Shown here: piece by piece, positions 9,865 to 18,018 of the stretch | Layout: every line of letters begins with the position of its first letter | Position numbering within the stretch: the stretch's first letter is position 1 | Source: an uncultured Bacillota bacterium | Lineage (GTDB): Bacteria > Bacillota_I > Bacilli_A > RFN20 > CAG-826 | Direction: 5' to 3' | DNA length: 47,243 nucleotides | NCBI GenBank assembly: GCA_946623775.1 | Contig: CAMORJ010000002.1 | Span: 1 to 47,243, forward strand | Program-made: the position numbers and the translations under genes | The notes under the pieces: generated by a model | Databases searched by the model: none | Seen by the model: the letters and a program-made list of their open reading frames with translations, nothing else | Told to the model about the DNA's origin: nothing

Positions 9865-9898
9865 AAAAAAATAGGCGATACGTGTATGCGTTTTCGCC
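9865..9898 (-). terminator. second (tandem) intrinsic terminator after ruvB, built on a recurring 24-nt hairpin
   Basis: Minus strand reads GGCGAAAACGCATACACGTATCGCC followed by TATTTTTTT. The stem is 5 bp plus 3 bp around an internal loop. Confidence 0.5.
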
Positions 9899-9925
9899 AA
9901 AAAGAAAAGCCCAATGCATGGGCTT
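9899..9925 (-). terminator. intrinsic terminator of ruvAB
   Basis: Minus strand reads AAGCCCA-TGCAT-TGGGCTT followed by TTCTTTTT, starting 2 nt after the ruvB stop. Confidence 0.75.
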
Positions 9926-9927
9926 GC

Positions 9928-10938
9928 TTATTCATCAAAGATGGAATACTGATGCGATTTCTTCAAATGGGCGTATGCCTTTTCGGTCGCTGTGCGACCG
10001 CGCGGAGTCCTGTTGATCATGCCGATCATGACGAGATATGGCTCGTATACATCCTCGAGGTTTGCGATTTCTTCGCCGATGGCAACCGCAATTGCTTCTA
10101 AGCCAACAGGGCCGCCATGGAAACGATCGATGATCGTCGAAAGGTATTTGATATCCACGTCGTCAAGGCCGAGTTCATCGATTTTCAACGCCTGCAGAGC
10201 TTTGTTCGCCGTAGAAGCCGTAATCTTTTCTTCGCCATAAAAAGACGAGAAATCGCGGACGCGTTTGAATAAACGGTTTGCGATGCGCGGAGTCCCCCTG
10301 CTTCTTTCGGCAATCAAAGCGGTCGCGCCCTCTTCGATGTCCATTTTGAAAACCTTTGAGGTGCGCTCGATGATTTTGGAAATCTCTTCTATAGAATAGA
10401 AATCGATTTTGATGGAAATCCCGAATCTTGCGCGAAGGGGGGATGACAAATCTCCAGCCCTTGTGGTTGCGCCGACCAATGTAAAAGGCGGCAAGGGCAG
10501 ATTCAAAACATGGCTTGCCCCGCCTTGATTGACGAGGATTGAGAGATTGAAGTCCTCCATCGCTCCATAAAGGACTTCTTCCACTGGGCGAGGAAGACGA
10601 TGAATCTCATCGATGAACAAGACATCGCCCGGCTCGATTTCGCTCAAAATCGCAGCGAGGTCGCCCGGCTTTTCGATTGAAGGGCCATTTACGAGGCGGA
10701 TATTTCCTCCCATTTCATGGGCGATGACATAAGCCATCGTGGTTTTTCCTAGGCCAGGAGGGCCATATAGCAGCACGTGGTCAAGCGATTCTTTCCTTTT
10801 CTTTGCGGCGGTCATGAAAACAGAAAGATTGGCTTTCATCTCCGTCTGCCCGACATACTCTTCGAGAGTAACGGGACGAAGGGAAAGATCCGAGCTAGCG
10901 TCTTCTTCCACTCTTTTCGCGTCTAAAAGGCGTGACAT
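9928..10938 (-). CDS. ruvB: Holliday junction branch migration ATPase RuvB
   Basis: 336-aa ORF with Walker [10 protein letters not shown] and the FIDEIHRL sensor region. It starts 1 nt after the ruvA stop. Confidence 0.96.
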   Translation of the reverse strand: MSRLLDAKRVEEDASSDLSLRPVTLEEYVGQTEMKANLSVFMTAAKKRKESLDHVLLYGPPGLGKTTMAYVIAHEMGGNIRLVNGPSIEKPGDLAAILSEIEPGDVLFIDEIHRLPRPVEEVLYGAMEDFNLSILVNQGGASHVLNLPLPPFTLVGATTRAGDLSSPLRARFGISIKIDFYSIEEISKIIERTSKVFKMDIEEGATALIAERSRGTPRIANRLFKRVRDFSSFYGEEKITASTANKALQALKIDELGLDDVDIKYLSTIIDRFHGGPVGLEAIAVAIGEEIANLEDVYEPYLVMIGMINRTPRGRTATEKAYAHLKKSHQYSIFDE

Positions 10939-10939
10939 A

Positions 10940-11518
10940 TCACTGTTTCCTCAGTTTGCGCAGGGCAAGTTTCAAGATTTCCTGCGTCGTAGCGGATTTC
11001 GGCAAGTCGATTCCGGCAAGGGCATCGTCGATGTCCTTTGCCTTGAACCCAAGGGATTTCAAAGCCGCTGCAGCTTCTTCGTAAGCTTCGCCCTTCGGCG
11101 CTTTCTTGCCGCTTGGGGCATCCGGTTCCGAGATTTTGCCCCTCAGATCCAAAACGATCTGCGCGGCTGCTTTCGGACCGATTCCGGGGAGTTTTTTTAA
11201 ATAGGCGACATTATTATTGGAGATGGCCTGGAACAAACCTTCCGGATCCGCTTTCGACAAAGCGGAAAGGGCGGTCTTGGGGCCGATTCCCTTTACGGAG
11301 ACAAGCGATTGGAAGGCGGCTTTCTCAAGCAGAGTCGCAAAGCCGACAAGATAATGGTCGTCTTGGGTCATAATCTCGCACGTGTAGATAAGCTTTTCGT
11401 CGCCAAGCATGAATTCTTCAGGGCGCGCGACGAAAACCTCATATCCGATGGAGCCGATATCGATAGCGATAGAATCCTTCGATCTGGCGACGATTTTTCC
11501 GTGCAATGAATAGATCAT
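10940..11518 (-). CDS. ruvA: Holliday junction DNA helicase subunit RuvA
   Basis: The N-terminus MIYSLHGKI... aligns with RuvA N-termini, and HhH motifs (GIGPKTA, GIGPKAA) are present. I chose the ATG at 11518 rather than the upstream TTG at 11542. There is no SD of its own. Confidence 0.9.
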   Translation of the reverse strand: MIYSLHGKIVARSKDSIAIDIGSIGYEVFVARPEEFMLGDEKLIYTCEIMTQDDHYLVGFATLLEKAAFQSLVSVKGIGPKTALSALSKADPEGLFQAISNNNVAYLKKLPGIGPKAAAQIVLDLRGKISEPDAPSGKKAPKGEAYEEAAAALKSLGFKAKDIDDALAGIDLPKSATTQEILKLALRKLRKQ

Positions 11519-11610
11519 AAAGTCGATGCGAACAGGATGCAAAGGAGCACGATCGCCGCTGCGGCGAGGATGCCGGCGAGAAATGCGTCTCTTCCTTTTG
11601 CGTCCTTCAT
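11515..11610 (-). CDS. candidate small ORF, 31 aa, single TM helix ([31 protein letters not shown])
   Basis: Too short for the ORF track. AAAGGG SD lies 6 nt upstream. The stop TGA overlaps the ruvA ATG (ATGA), and ruvA has no SD. Codon choice (GCC, CTC, ATC) resembles the neighbouring genes. Confidence 0.35.
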   Translation of the reverse strand: MKDAKGRDAFLAGILAAAAIVLLCILFASTL

Positions 11611-11636
11611 TATATACCCTTTCAAACTATGTTTGG

Positions 11637-12917
11637 TTATTCGCTGTACTCGAAAATGAAATCGAGCAGCCTTACCTCATCGCCATCGCGAGCGCCTTTC
11701 TCGCGAAGCGCATCGTTGATGCCGATGGAATTCAAATAGGAGATCAGCTTGGCAACGCCCTGATCGGTGGAAAGGTTAATGCGCTGATAACGCTCTTCCA
11801 CTTCTTCTCCGGAAATGATGAACAAATGCTCGGATGGGCGCGAAATCGTATACATGGGTCCCTTCTTTTCGAGATGGGCATCATAAACCTTCATGCCCGG
11901 AACCTCTTCCACGGGGTATAAGGGGAATTCGGGCGTTTTGGTGATCAGCTCATAGGCTTTCTTCATCAAATCCATAACGCCTTGGTCGGTAAGCGCCGAA
12001 ATGCCATAGGTTGAGAACCCGAGCTTTTTCTCGAATTCCTTTTTCCTCTCCTCGGCCCCTTCTTCATCCATTTTGGAGCAGACGACCAATTGAGGGCGGT
12101 TCTCTAGGCCAGCGCCATAGCCGACAAGCTCATTGTTGATCGCGGTATATGCCTCATATGGATCGCGGATGCCGTCCATGCTGACCATATGGATCAAGAC
12201 CCTGCACCTCTCGATGTGGCGAAGGAATGAAATGCCTAGCCCTTTTCCTTCATGTGCGCCTTCGATCAATCCCGGCATATCCGCCAAAACGAATTGGGTT
12301 TGCCCATCAGGCAATGTGACGACGCCCAGGTTCGGAACCAAGGTCGTGAATTCATAATCTGCGGTTGGGACATTGGCGCGGGATACGATGTTCAGCAAGG
12401 TCGATTTGCCGACGGACGGAAAGCCGATAAGCCCAGCGTCAGCCAACAGTTTCAACTCCAGAACAATGCGCTTTTTCTCGCCTTTTTCGCCATTTTCGGC
12501 AATCTTTGGCACGCGGTTCCTGCTGGATTTGAACGCGGCGTTGCCGCGTCCGCCTTTGCCGCCTTTGGCCACAAGGCAAACATCGCCTTCGTTTCTTAAA
12601 TCGGCGATCGGTCGATCTTCGCCTTCGACGAAAACCAAAGTTCCGCATGGGACTTCGGCATAGACATCGGGCATCGATGCGCCAAAACGCATTTTCTTGT
12701 CGCCTTTTTCGCCATCTTCGGCAGCGATCAGGCGCGAATGGCGATATGCGAGGAGGGTGTTCACGGATTTTTTCGCGATGAAATAGACCGACCCACCATT
12801 GCCGCCATTGCCGCCATCGGGCCCGCCTTTCGGCAGATTCTTCTCGCGGAGGAAAGAGATGGCGCCATTGCCGCCATTCCCGGAACGGACTTCCACTACG
12901 GCTCTGTCAATCAGCAT
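11637..12917 (-). CDS. obg: GTPase Obg/CgtA
   Basis: 426-aa ORF with an N-terminal glycine-rich Obg fold (GNGGNGAISF, GGNGGNGG), G1 motif GFPSVGKST, and a C-terminal OCT domain. Confidence 0.95.
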   Translation of the reverse strand: MLIDRAVVEVRSGNGGNGAISFLREKNLPKGGPDGGNGGNGGSVYFIAKKSVNTLLAYRHSRLIAAEDGEKGDKKMRFGASMPDVYAEVPCGTLVFVEGEDRPIADLRNEGDVCLVAKGGKGGRGNAAFKSSRNRVPKIAENGEKGEKKRIVLELKLLADAGLIGFPSVGKSTLLNIVSRANVPTADYEFTTLVPNLGVVTLPDGQTQFVLADMPGLIEGAHEGKGLGISFLRHIERCRVLIHMVSMDGIRDPYEAYTAINNELVGYGAGLENRPQLVVCSKMDEEGAEERKKEFEKKLGFSTYGISALTDQGVMDLMKKAYELITKTPEFPLYPVEEVPGMKVYDAHLEKKGPMYTISRPSEHLFIISGEEVEERYQRINLSTDQGVAKLISYLNSIGINDALREKGARDGDEVRLLDFIFEYSE

Positions 12918-13660
12918 AGAGCCTTCCTTTCCTCTTCGCCGAGGATGTATGCTTGCTTGTTCTTTTTGATGCGATTGAGGTCTTTGGAGAATGCGCGGCT
13001 GGAAGAGAAGAACGAAACGGAGGTTCCTGCCTCATCGTTCTCCCAATGGACCGGGATTTCCTTGACCGAGAAATGGTTGAGGGTGATGAAATAGCAATGC
13101 TCGACATCATAGGCGTAGCCCATGATCATCTGGCGGTTCACCATCTCAAGCGCCATCTTATGGCGGTAGCACTTATAGCCGCATTGGGTATCCCCGATAT
13201 CGCGGAAACCGAATTTGCGGCGGATAAGCCAAATCGAGATCTTATGCCCCATCCTGCGCAGGAAAGGACGTTTGTTCTGATAGGATTCCGGAAGGTCGCG
13301 GTTGGCGACGAAAGCATCGTATTTCCCCAGGTCGGGTTTGATCAAATCGAAAGCGGACAGATCGGTCGCGCAGTCGGCGTCCATGATCAAGTCGTAGTCG
13401 GCATCGGAGGCCAAAACGCCCAGCCTGACGCCGCGGCCTTTGCCGCCCTCTTCGCAAAAAGGAAGGACGCGCACTTGCGCGGGCATGCCTTCCATGCCTT
13501 TGGTCAAAATCTCCTTTTGCTCAGGAGAATAGCCGTTCGGCGAAACGATGACTTCGTAGGTTACCCCGCAGGAATCGAAATACGGGATGATTTTTTCGCG
13601 AAGGTTCTCGAGAAGCTTTTCGGCCTGGTTTTTGATAGGGATAATGACAGAGATTTTCAT
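12911..13660 (-). CDS. family 2 glycosyltransferase (polyprenol-phosphate glycosyltransferase-like), soluble
   Basis: The N-terminus MKISVIIPIKN and the DAD (DXD) motif in LIMDADCATD point to GT2. Its stop overlaps the obg start by 7 nt. The start was set to the ATG at 13660 because the GTG at 13696 lies upstream of the TATAAT box. Confidence 0.8.
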   Translation of the reverse strand: MKISVIIPIKNQAEKLLENLREKIIPYFDSCGVTYEVIVSPNGYSPEQKEILTKGMEGMPAQVRVLPFCEEGGKGRGVRLGVLASDADYDLIMDADCATDLSAFDLIKPDLGKYDAFVANRDLPESYQNKRPFLRRMGHKISIWLIRRKFGFRDIGDTQCGYKCYRHKMALEMVNRQMIMGYAYDVEHCYFITLNHFSVKEIPVHWENDEAGTSVSFFSSSRAFSKDLNRIKKNKQAYILGEEERKALC

Positions 13661-13681
13661 ATTTGGCTCACACGTATCGTT

Positions 13682-13687
13682 ATTATA
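13682..13687 (-). promoter_or_regulatory. -10 box (TATAAT) for the GT2-obg transcript
   Basis: Perfect TATAAT on the minus strand 21 nt upstream of the ATG at 13660 and just downstream of the rpmA terminator. No convincing -35 element. Confidence 0.4.
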
Positions 13688-13726
13688 CACGCGCACGAAT
13701 AAATGTGGGATTGCGTTTTGAACGCG

Positions 13727-13762
13727 CTAAAACAAAATGCCTTCCGGAACCCGAAAGGCATT
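13727..13762 (-). terminator. intrinsic terminator of rplU-prp-rpmA
   Basis: Minus strand reads AATGCCTTTCGGGTTCCGGAAGGCATT followed by TTGTTTTAG. Confidence 0.75.
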
Positions 13763-13783
13763 GGTCTTCATGCTTGAGGGCGA

Positions 13784-14074
13784 TTACTTCGCTTCGACGG
13801 CGTAGACGGAAACTTTCTTCCCAGACTTGCCGAAGCGTTCGAAGCGAACGATGCCGGTGATGGTGGCGAAGAGCGTGTCGTCGCCGCCTTTCTTCACGTT
13901 GGCGCCCGGATAGATCCTGGTGCCTCTCTGGCGATATAGGATGCTGCCGGCGGTGACGAGTTGGCCATCGCTGGCTTTGGCGCCGAGGCGGCGACCAGCG
14001 GAATCACGGCCGTTCTTCGTGGAGCCGACGCCCTTTTTAGAAGCGAAGAGCTGAAGATCGAGAATGAATTTCAT
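13784..14074 (-). CDS. rpmA: 50S ribosomal protein L27 with cleavable N-terminal extension
   Basis: 96-aa ORF. The N-terminus [25 protein letters not shown] carries the Prp cleavage context seen in Firmicute L27. Confidence 0.95.
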   Translation of the reverse strand: MKFILDLQLFASKKGVGSTKNGRDSAGRRLGAKASDGQLVTAGSILYRQRGTRIYPGANVKKGGDDTLFATITGIVRFERFGKSGKKVSVYAVEAK

Positions 14075-14076
14075 GG

Positions 14077-14391
14077 TTACTTCTTCCTTTCCTTGATGTC
14101 GAGGGCTTTCGGGTAGCTTGCCTCGATGGTTTTTAGTTGGATGATCAGCGTTTCGATGACATCCTCGTCATGGTCGCTGACTTCGCCTTTGGCGATGCAG
14201 CTCACCCTGCCCTCTTCGATTTCGATCTCGAAGTCGTCGTCAGGGTTTTCCAAGGCATTCATGGCTCCGACCGTCACCGCGGAGACCGCGGCGCAGACGA
14301 GGTCTTTCCCGTACTCGCCTGTGTTGGCATGGCCTTTCACAAGCAGCGAGGAGAAGCCTTTTCCTTTGTAGGATATCTCGATTTTGATCAT
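14077..14391 (-). CDS. prp: ribosomal-processing cysteine protease Prp (YsxB family)
   Basis: 104-aa ORF between rplU and rpmA. It has the conserved GHA...DLVCAAVS His/Cys dyad context. Confidence 0.85.
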   Translation of the reverse strand: MIKIEISYKGKGFSSLLVKGHANTGEYGKDLVCAAVSAVTVGAMNALENPDDDFEIEIEEGRVSCIAKGEVSDHDEDVIETLIIQLKTIEASYPKALDIKERKK

Positions 14392-14392
14392 C

Positions 14393-14704
14393 TTAGGCGT
14401 TGATGGCTTTGACGATTAGGCAAGTATAAGGTTGACGATGGCCCTGCTTTTTGCGCTCATTGGCCTTGGCCTTGTACTTGTAGATGACGACCTTCTTGGA
14501 AAGTCCCTGCTTCTCGACTTTGCATGCGACGGAAGCACCTTCGACGTAGGGAGAGCCGACTTTGGCTTTCTTATCCCCACCGACGAAGAGGACTTTGTCG
14601 ATGGTGACTTCGCTGCCCGGCTGGGCTTCGAGTTTCTCGACATAGATTTTGTCGCCGACGGCGACTTTGATCTGCTTGCCGCCAGTTTCGATGATTGCGT
14701 ACAT
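14393..14704 (-). CDS. rplU: 50S ribosomal protein L21
   Basis: 103-aa ORF starting [15 protein letters not shown] strong GGAGGA SD is present. Confidence 0.95.
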   Translation of the reverse strand: MYAIIETGGKQIKVAVGDKIYVEKLEAQPGSEVTIDKVLFVGGDKKAKVGSPYVEGASVACKVEKQGLSKKVVIYKYKAKANERKKQGHRQPYTCLIVKAINA

Positions 14705-14820
14705 GTCTTATCCTCCTTGGTGACGCTTGTTGATACTCGCTATCGAGGCTCGGCCTACCCGCCGTATTGGATGCCTTTTCTAAGCGGTTGCGCGCCCAAG
14801 CGAGGTGCGACAACGCGGTA
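14705..14820 (-). promoter_or_regulatory. structured 5' leader of rplU-prp-rpmA (probable L21 leader)
   Basis: A GC-rich untranslated leader of about 115 nt lies between a TATACT -10 candidate (14826..14821) and the rplU SD. This is the position of the known Firmicute L21 leader. The fold was not verified. Confidence 0.4.
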
Positions 14821-14879
14821 AGTATATACATTTCATTCCCTTAAGGGAAGAAAAAACGTTCAAATCCGATGAAAAAATA

Positions 14880-16070
14880 TCAAATCCCGAGGAAATCGCT
14901 TGGCTCACCGGCTTTTTGGGCGCGGAGGTGGTAATACATCTGCATGTATTTCAAGGCGTTGAACCCGACTTTATCGGAACTGACGCGGAAGGTCTGCTTT
15001 TTGAAATAGAACAGGAAGGTCTGCCTGCCGGAGACCGCGATTTCCATAATCTCACCCAACGGGAAATCCATTTCGCCGACCTGCAGGACCTTGTCGTTCA
15101 TGGAGATGCGGACATTGGAAAAGAGGCGATTCTCGTGGTCTAAGTCGATCTCTTCCAGATTGACGTTGTCTTCCTCGTATATCGCAACGCCTTCGGCGGC
15201 TTGATAATCGCGGACATATCGCTCCTGCTCCGCGAACCAGGAATAAAGGTCGGGGTGCTGGAATTCGGGTTTATTGGGGTTTTCGAACAGCAGATGTTCG
15301 CCATAGGTGACTTCCAGTCCGCACTCCGTGCAGCGGACTAAGTTGCCTTCGCTAACGATGGAGGAGATGCCATGGCACACGGGGCAGCGGTACAATACGC
15401 GCTCCAGCTTCTCGGCCCGTTTTTCGGAAAAGGAGGGGGACGTGGATGGGATTTCGTTGACCGTGAGGTTCTCCTTCACCGCTTCCATCACCTGCTCTAG
15501 GCTCATTTTCTCAAGTTCTTCTTTGGCGATTACTTTGCGAAGCTTGATTTCCATCTCGCCTTTGCGGAAATCCAACGCAAAGCGCGGATCGATCGTGAGG
15601 CCGCCAATGACATTGACGAAGACGAGGTTTGCCTTGCTGCGGGAAATCAGCTTCGCGATGGAGGGCGCGATGGCGCAAAGATGGGTCGAGAAGGTGCGAT
15701 TCCCTTCAGGGAAAAGCAAAATGCTCTCCCCTTCTTTCAGCCTTCGAAGCATCGTCAACGCGATTCCGGCGTCCTGAAGGCTCTTGTCTTTCCAGATGGG
15801 GCTGAAGAAGCGTTCCAGCATCTTGCGGAGGTTCAGCTTGATGAAATCCTTGGCCGTGACGGGATAAAGGGGCTCGTCAAAGCAGGCCATCACCATGAAC
15901 GGATCGTATGTGGTCACGTGATTGCACAAAACGAGGTTCGCCCCTTTCGGCAATTCGAAATGGGGTATGGTGAATCCGTAATTCTTTTTCGCGGCGCGCC
16001 TCACGGCGGGCTTAACGAAAACGGATGCGAATTTGTACTTCCTGCGTCTTTTCGCAACAAGGTCGCTCAT
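14880..16070 (-). CDS. PlsC-superfamily acyltransferase fused to a 4-Cys zinc-ribbon and C-terminal beta-rich domain (paralog B)
   Basis: 396-aa ORF with HX4D (CNHVTTYDP) and FPEGNRT motifs, then ERVLYRCPVCHG...RCTECG. It overlaps the upstream paralog by 4 bp. Confidence 0.8.
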   Translation of the reverse strand: MSDLVAKRRRKYKFASVFVKPAVRRAAKKNYGFTIPHFELPKGANLVLCNHVTTYDPFMVMACFDEPLYPVTAKDFIKLNLRKMLERFFSPIWKDKSLQDAGIALTMLRRLKEGESILLFPEGNRTFSTHLCAIAPSIAKLISRSKANLVFVNVIGGLTIDPRFALDFRKGEMEIKLRKVIAKEELEKMSLEQVMEAVKENLTVNEIPSTSPSFSEKRAEKLERVLYRCPVCHGISSIVSEGNLVRCTECGLEVTYGEHLLFENPNKPEFQHPDLYSWFAEQERYVRDYQAAEGVAIYEEDNVNLEEIDLDHENRLFSNVRISMNDKVLQVGEMDFPLGEIMEIAVSGRQTFLFYFKKQTFRVSSDKVGFNALKYMQMYYHLRAQKAGEPSDFLGI

Positions 16071-17260
16071 AAGCTGTTCTCGATTCTCCCCATGATTTTC
16101 GCGTACATCTGGCTGTACTTATAGGCGTTGAAGCCGGTTTCTCCCACGAACGTATAGGAATCGTCTTCGTGAGTATAGCAAACGACCTTATTTTTTCCAG
16201 TGATTCCCACTCCTCTTATTTCCGAGAAGGACAATTGCAATTCCCCAACGTAGTTTTCGACGCAAAGACCCTTTTTCGACATCGTCAGGGTCCCCGTCAT
16301 CATCTGTTTTTTGGGCTGGCTTTGATGGGAGAAGAAGACTTTCACTTTTTCGTCCCGGAGCAGGACGCTTGCGCCTGACACATCGAGTTCTGCGATGCAT
16401 TTCTTTTGGAAGTCATACCAATCGGCGACCGTTTCGAAGGGGAATTCAGGCTCATCCGAACGGAAAGTCATATTCGGCTCATATGTCGCGCTTAACCCGC
16501 ATGACGAGCAGGAAATCGTATTTCCCGAAGACCGCAGCGTTTGGAGCTTGCGGCAGCGCGGGCAGACGTATAGAACGCGTTCCAGGCACTCAGCCGAGCG
16601 CTTGGAGCGGTAAGACAGCGAATGGTCCAAAGGCGAGGACAATCCTTCGCGGATCGTCTCCAGAAGCGCTTCCGGGGTCGAAGACGAGACTTCTTCCGCG
16701 CTTATCTCCCGCACCACTCCGCCTTTCATTTTCCCGCGCCTTATCTTCTTGGCCCAGCGCGGGTCAACGCCATAGCCGTTCTCGATTCGGTATAGCAAAA
16801 CGGGAAGCCCAAGCGCCTTAGCCAGTTTGGCAATGCCTTCGTCTATCGGGCCGAGTTTGCCGCTATAGGTGCGATTTCCTTCGGGGAAGATCCCGATGTT
16901 CCCCCCTTCTTCCGCGATTTGCTTGCAGATGGCGGCAAAGCGGAAATCGGCCACGTCTTTTTGCTTAGGGATGGGCGCTGCCATCCATTTGATCCAAAAT
17001 GAGGCGAATTTGATGCGAAGCAAATCGTCGCTCGAGACGAAATAGACGGGTTTGCCGGGGAATGAGATGCTCACAAAGAACGGATCCATGGAGCAACAAT
17101 GGTTGGAAAGTATCAGATAGTTCTGCCTTTTCTTCGTTTTGAAGCGTTTCGCGGTCAGCCCGAATCGGATATGCCCCAGCAGCCAAAAGAAAGGCCAAAA
17201 CACAAAGAAAACGACGCGGTGGCGCGCCTTCGTCCATTTTTTATGCTTTTCCTTGGCCAT
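16067..17260 (-). CDS. PlsC-superfamily acyltransferase fused to a 4-Cys zinc-ribbon and C-terminal beta-rich domain (paralog A)
   Basis: 397 aa from the ATG at 17260 (MAKEKHKKW...). It has HX4D (SNHCCSMDP) and FPEGNRT motifs, then ERVLYVCPRCRK...SCSSCG. The longer ORF-track start would cross the radC terminator and overlap radC. Confidence 0.8.
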   Translation of the reverse strand: MAKEKHKKWTKARHRVVFFVFWPFFWLLGHIRFGLTAKRFKTKKRQNYLILSNHCCSMDPFFVSISFPGKPVYFVSSDDLLRIKFASFWIKWMAAPIPKQKDVADFRFAAICKQIAEEGGNIGIFPEGNRTYSGKLGPIDEGIAKLAKALGLPVLLYRIENGYGVDPRWAKKIRRGKMKGGVVREISAEEVSSSTPEALLETIREGLSSPLDHSLSYRSKRSAECLERVLYVCPRCRKLQTLRSSGNTISCSSCGLSATYEPNMTFRSDEPEFPFETVADWYDFQKKCIAELDVSGASVLLRDEKVKVFFSHQSQPKKQMMTGTLTMSKKGLCVENYVGELQLSFSEIRGVGITGKNKVVCYTHEDDSYTFVGETGFNAYKYSQMYAKIMGRIENSL

Positions 17261-17272
17261 ATTTATTTCACA

Positions 17273-17300
17273 ATTATAGCCCGTTGGAGTGATTTCGCAC
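17273..17300 (-). promoter_or_regulatory. candidate promoter of the acyltransferase pair (GTGCGA-16-TATAAT)
   Basis: TATAAT (17278..17273) lies 12 nt upstream of the ATG, with no SD in between. Confidence 0.35.
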
Positions 17301-17308
17301 CTATTTCG

Positions 17309-17337
17309 CAAAAAAGCCTCCCTGTAAATAGGGAGGC
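17309..17337 (-). terminator. intrinsic terminator after radC
   Basis: Minus strand reads GCCTCCCT-ATTTAC-AGGGAGGC followed by TTTTTTG. Confidence 0.8.
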
Positions 17338-17355
17338 GGACCTCAAGCATGGCTT

Positions 17356-18018
17356 TTAGATGATGCTTCGGGATTCCCGGAAAGAATAATAGCCATTCTC
17401 CCCGACGATGACGTGGTCGACGAACTTCAGACCGACTTGTTTCGATGCGGCGGATAACATATAAGTGTTTTCCACGTCGACGCGGGATGGCAGGCAAATG
17501 CCGCCGGGATGGTTGTGGACGAGGATGATGCCGGAAGAAGACTCCACCAGCGCCGTCTTGACGATTTGATGGCAATTGAAGGGAAGAGCGTCCATGCTTC
17601 CGCGAAAAAGCAGGATGTCCTTTTTGAGATAGCCATGGCCGTCAAGGCAGAGCAGATGAAGCTCCTCCTGCTCCATCTTTTTGCGGAAGATGGCATAGGC
17701 GCCTTCAGCGTCCATTTTCTTCCGCTTTGAGGATAAAGAGGCGACACGTCTACCGATTTCGAATGTTGCCTGCAGCGCAAGAGCCCCCGCGGTTGAGACC
17801 CCGAATTGGCGAGTCAGCGAACCAATTTCCGACTCGCTCAAGGATACCAAACCGCAGTGCTCCCTCAGCAGATCCTGCCCGATTTCGATGGCGGATCGCC
17901 CCTTTGTTCCGCGCCCGAGAATCAGCGAGATGAGCTCGTCGTCAGTCAACGAGGCGACGCCGAGCCTAAGGGCTTTTTCCCGGGGGCGAGAGGATGAGGG
18001 GATGTCGGCGATTTTCAT
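17356..18018 (-). CDS. radC: RadC-like JAB/MPN domain protein
   Basis: It has an HhH-like N-terminal region (RPREKALRLG) and the JAMM motif HNHPGG. The start was set to the ATG at 18018 (MKIADIPSS...), which overlaps the upstream stop as ATGA. Confidence 0.85.
   Translation of the reverse strand: MKIADIPSSSRPREKALRLGVASLTDDELISLILGRGTKGRSAIEIGQDLLREHCGLVSLSESEIGSLTRQFGVSTAGALALQATFEIGRRVASLSSKRKKMDAEGAYAIFRKKMEQEELHLLCLDGHGYLKKDILLFRGSMDALPFNCHQIVKTALVESSSGIILVHNHPGGICLPSRVDVENTYMLSAASKQVGLKFVDHVIVGENGYYSFRESRSII

Noticed and set aside
13688-13700. The GC-rich hexamer GCGCGT sits 1-5 nt upstream of several -10 candidates: GT2 13688..13700, valS leader about 21117..21126, ftsA about 40848..40860 and ileS leader about 37290..37300. 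TTGCGCGCA also occurs upstream of both tig and secDF.
   Set aside because: CGCG-containing words are visibly common throughout the coding sequence of this window as well. Without counts I cannot show enrichment. The distance to the -10 box also varies. It is worth a motif-enrichment test but is not claimed as a site.
14835-14848. Perfect palindrome TTCCCTTAAGGGAA between acyltransferase B and the rplU promoter.
   Set aside because: As a hairpin it gives only a 5-bp stem, and on the transcribed (minus) strand the T-run precedes the stem rather than following it. It is not a convincing terminator and I know of no operator that matches it.
17261-17575. ORF-track N-terminal extensions of several genes: acyltransferase A (to 17575), valS (to 20967), ileS (to 37312), tig (to 25501), mraZ (to 42709), rnhC (back to 31418), ruvA (to 11542), GT2 (to 13696) and the 121-aa gene (to 44649).
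   Set aside because: The extensions run through terminators, T-box leaders or promoters, or overlap a neighbouring gene. They give Arg/Pro-rich or otherwise unnatural sequence. In each case an internal start with an SD or an ortholog-like N-terminus exists.
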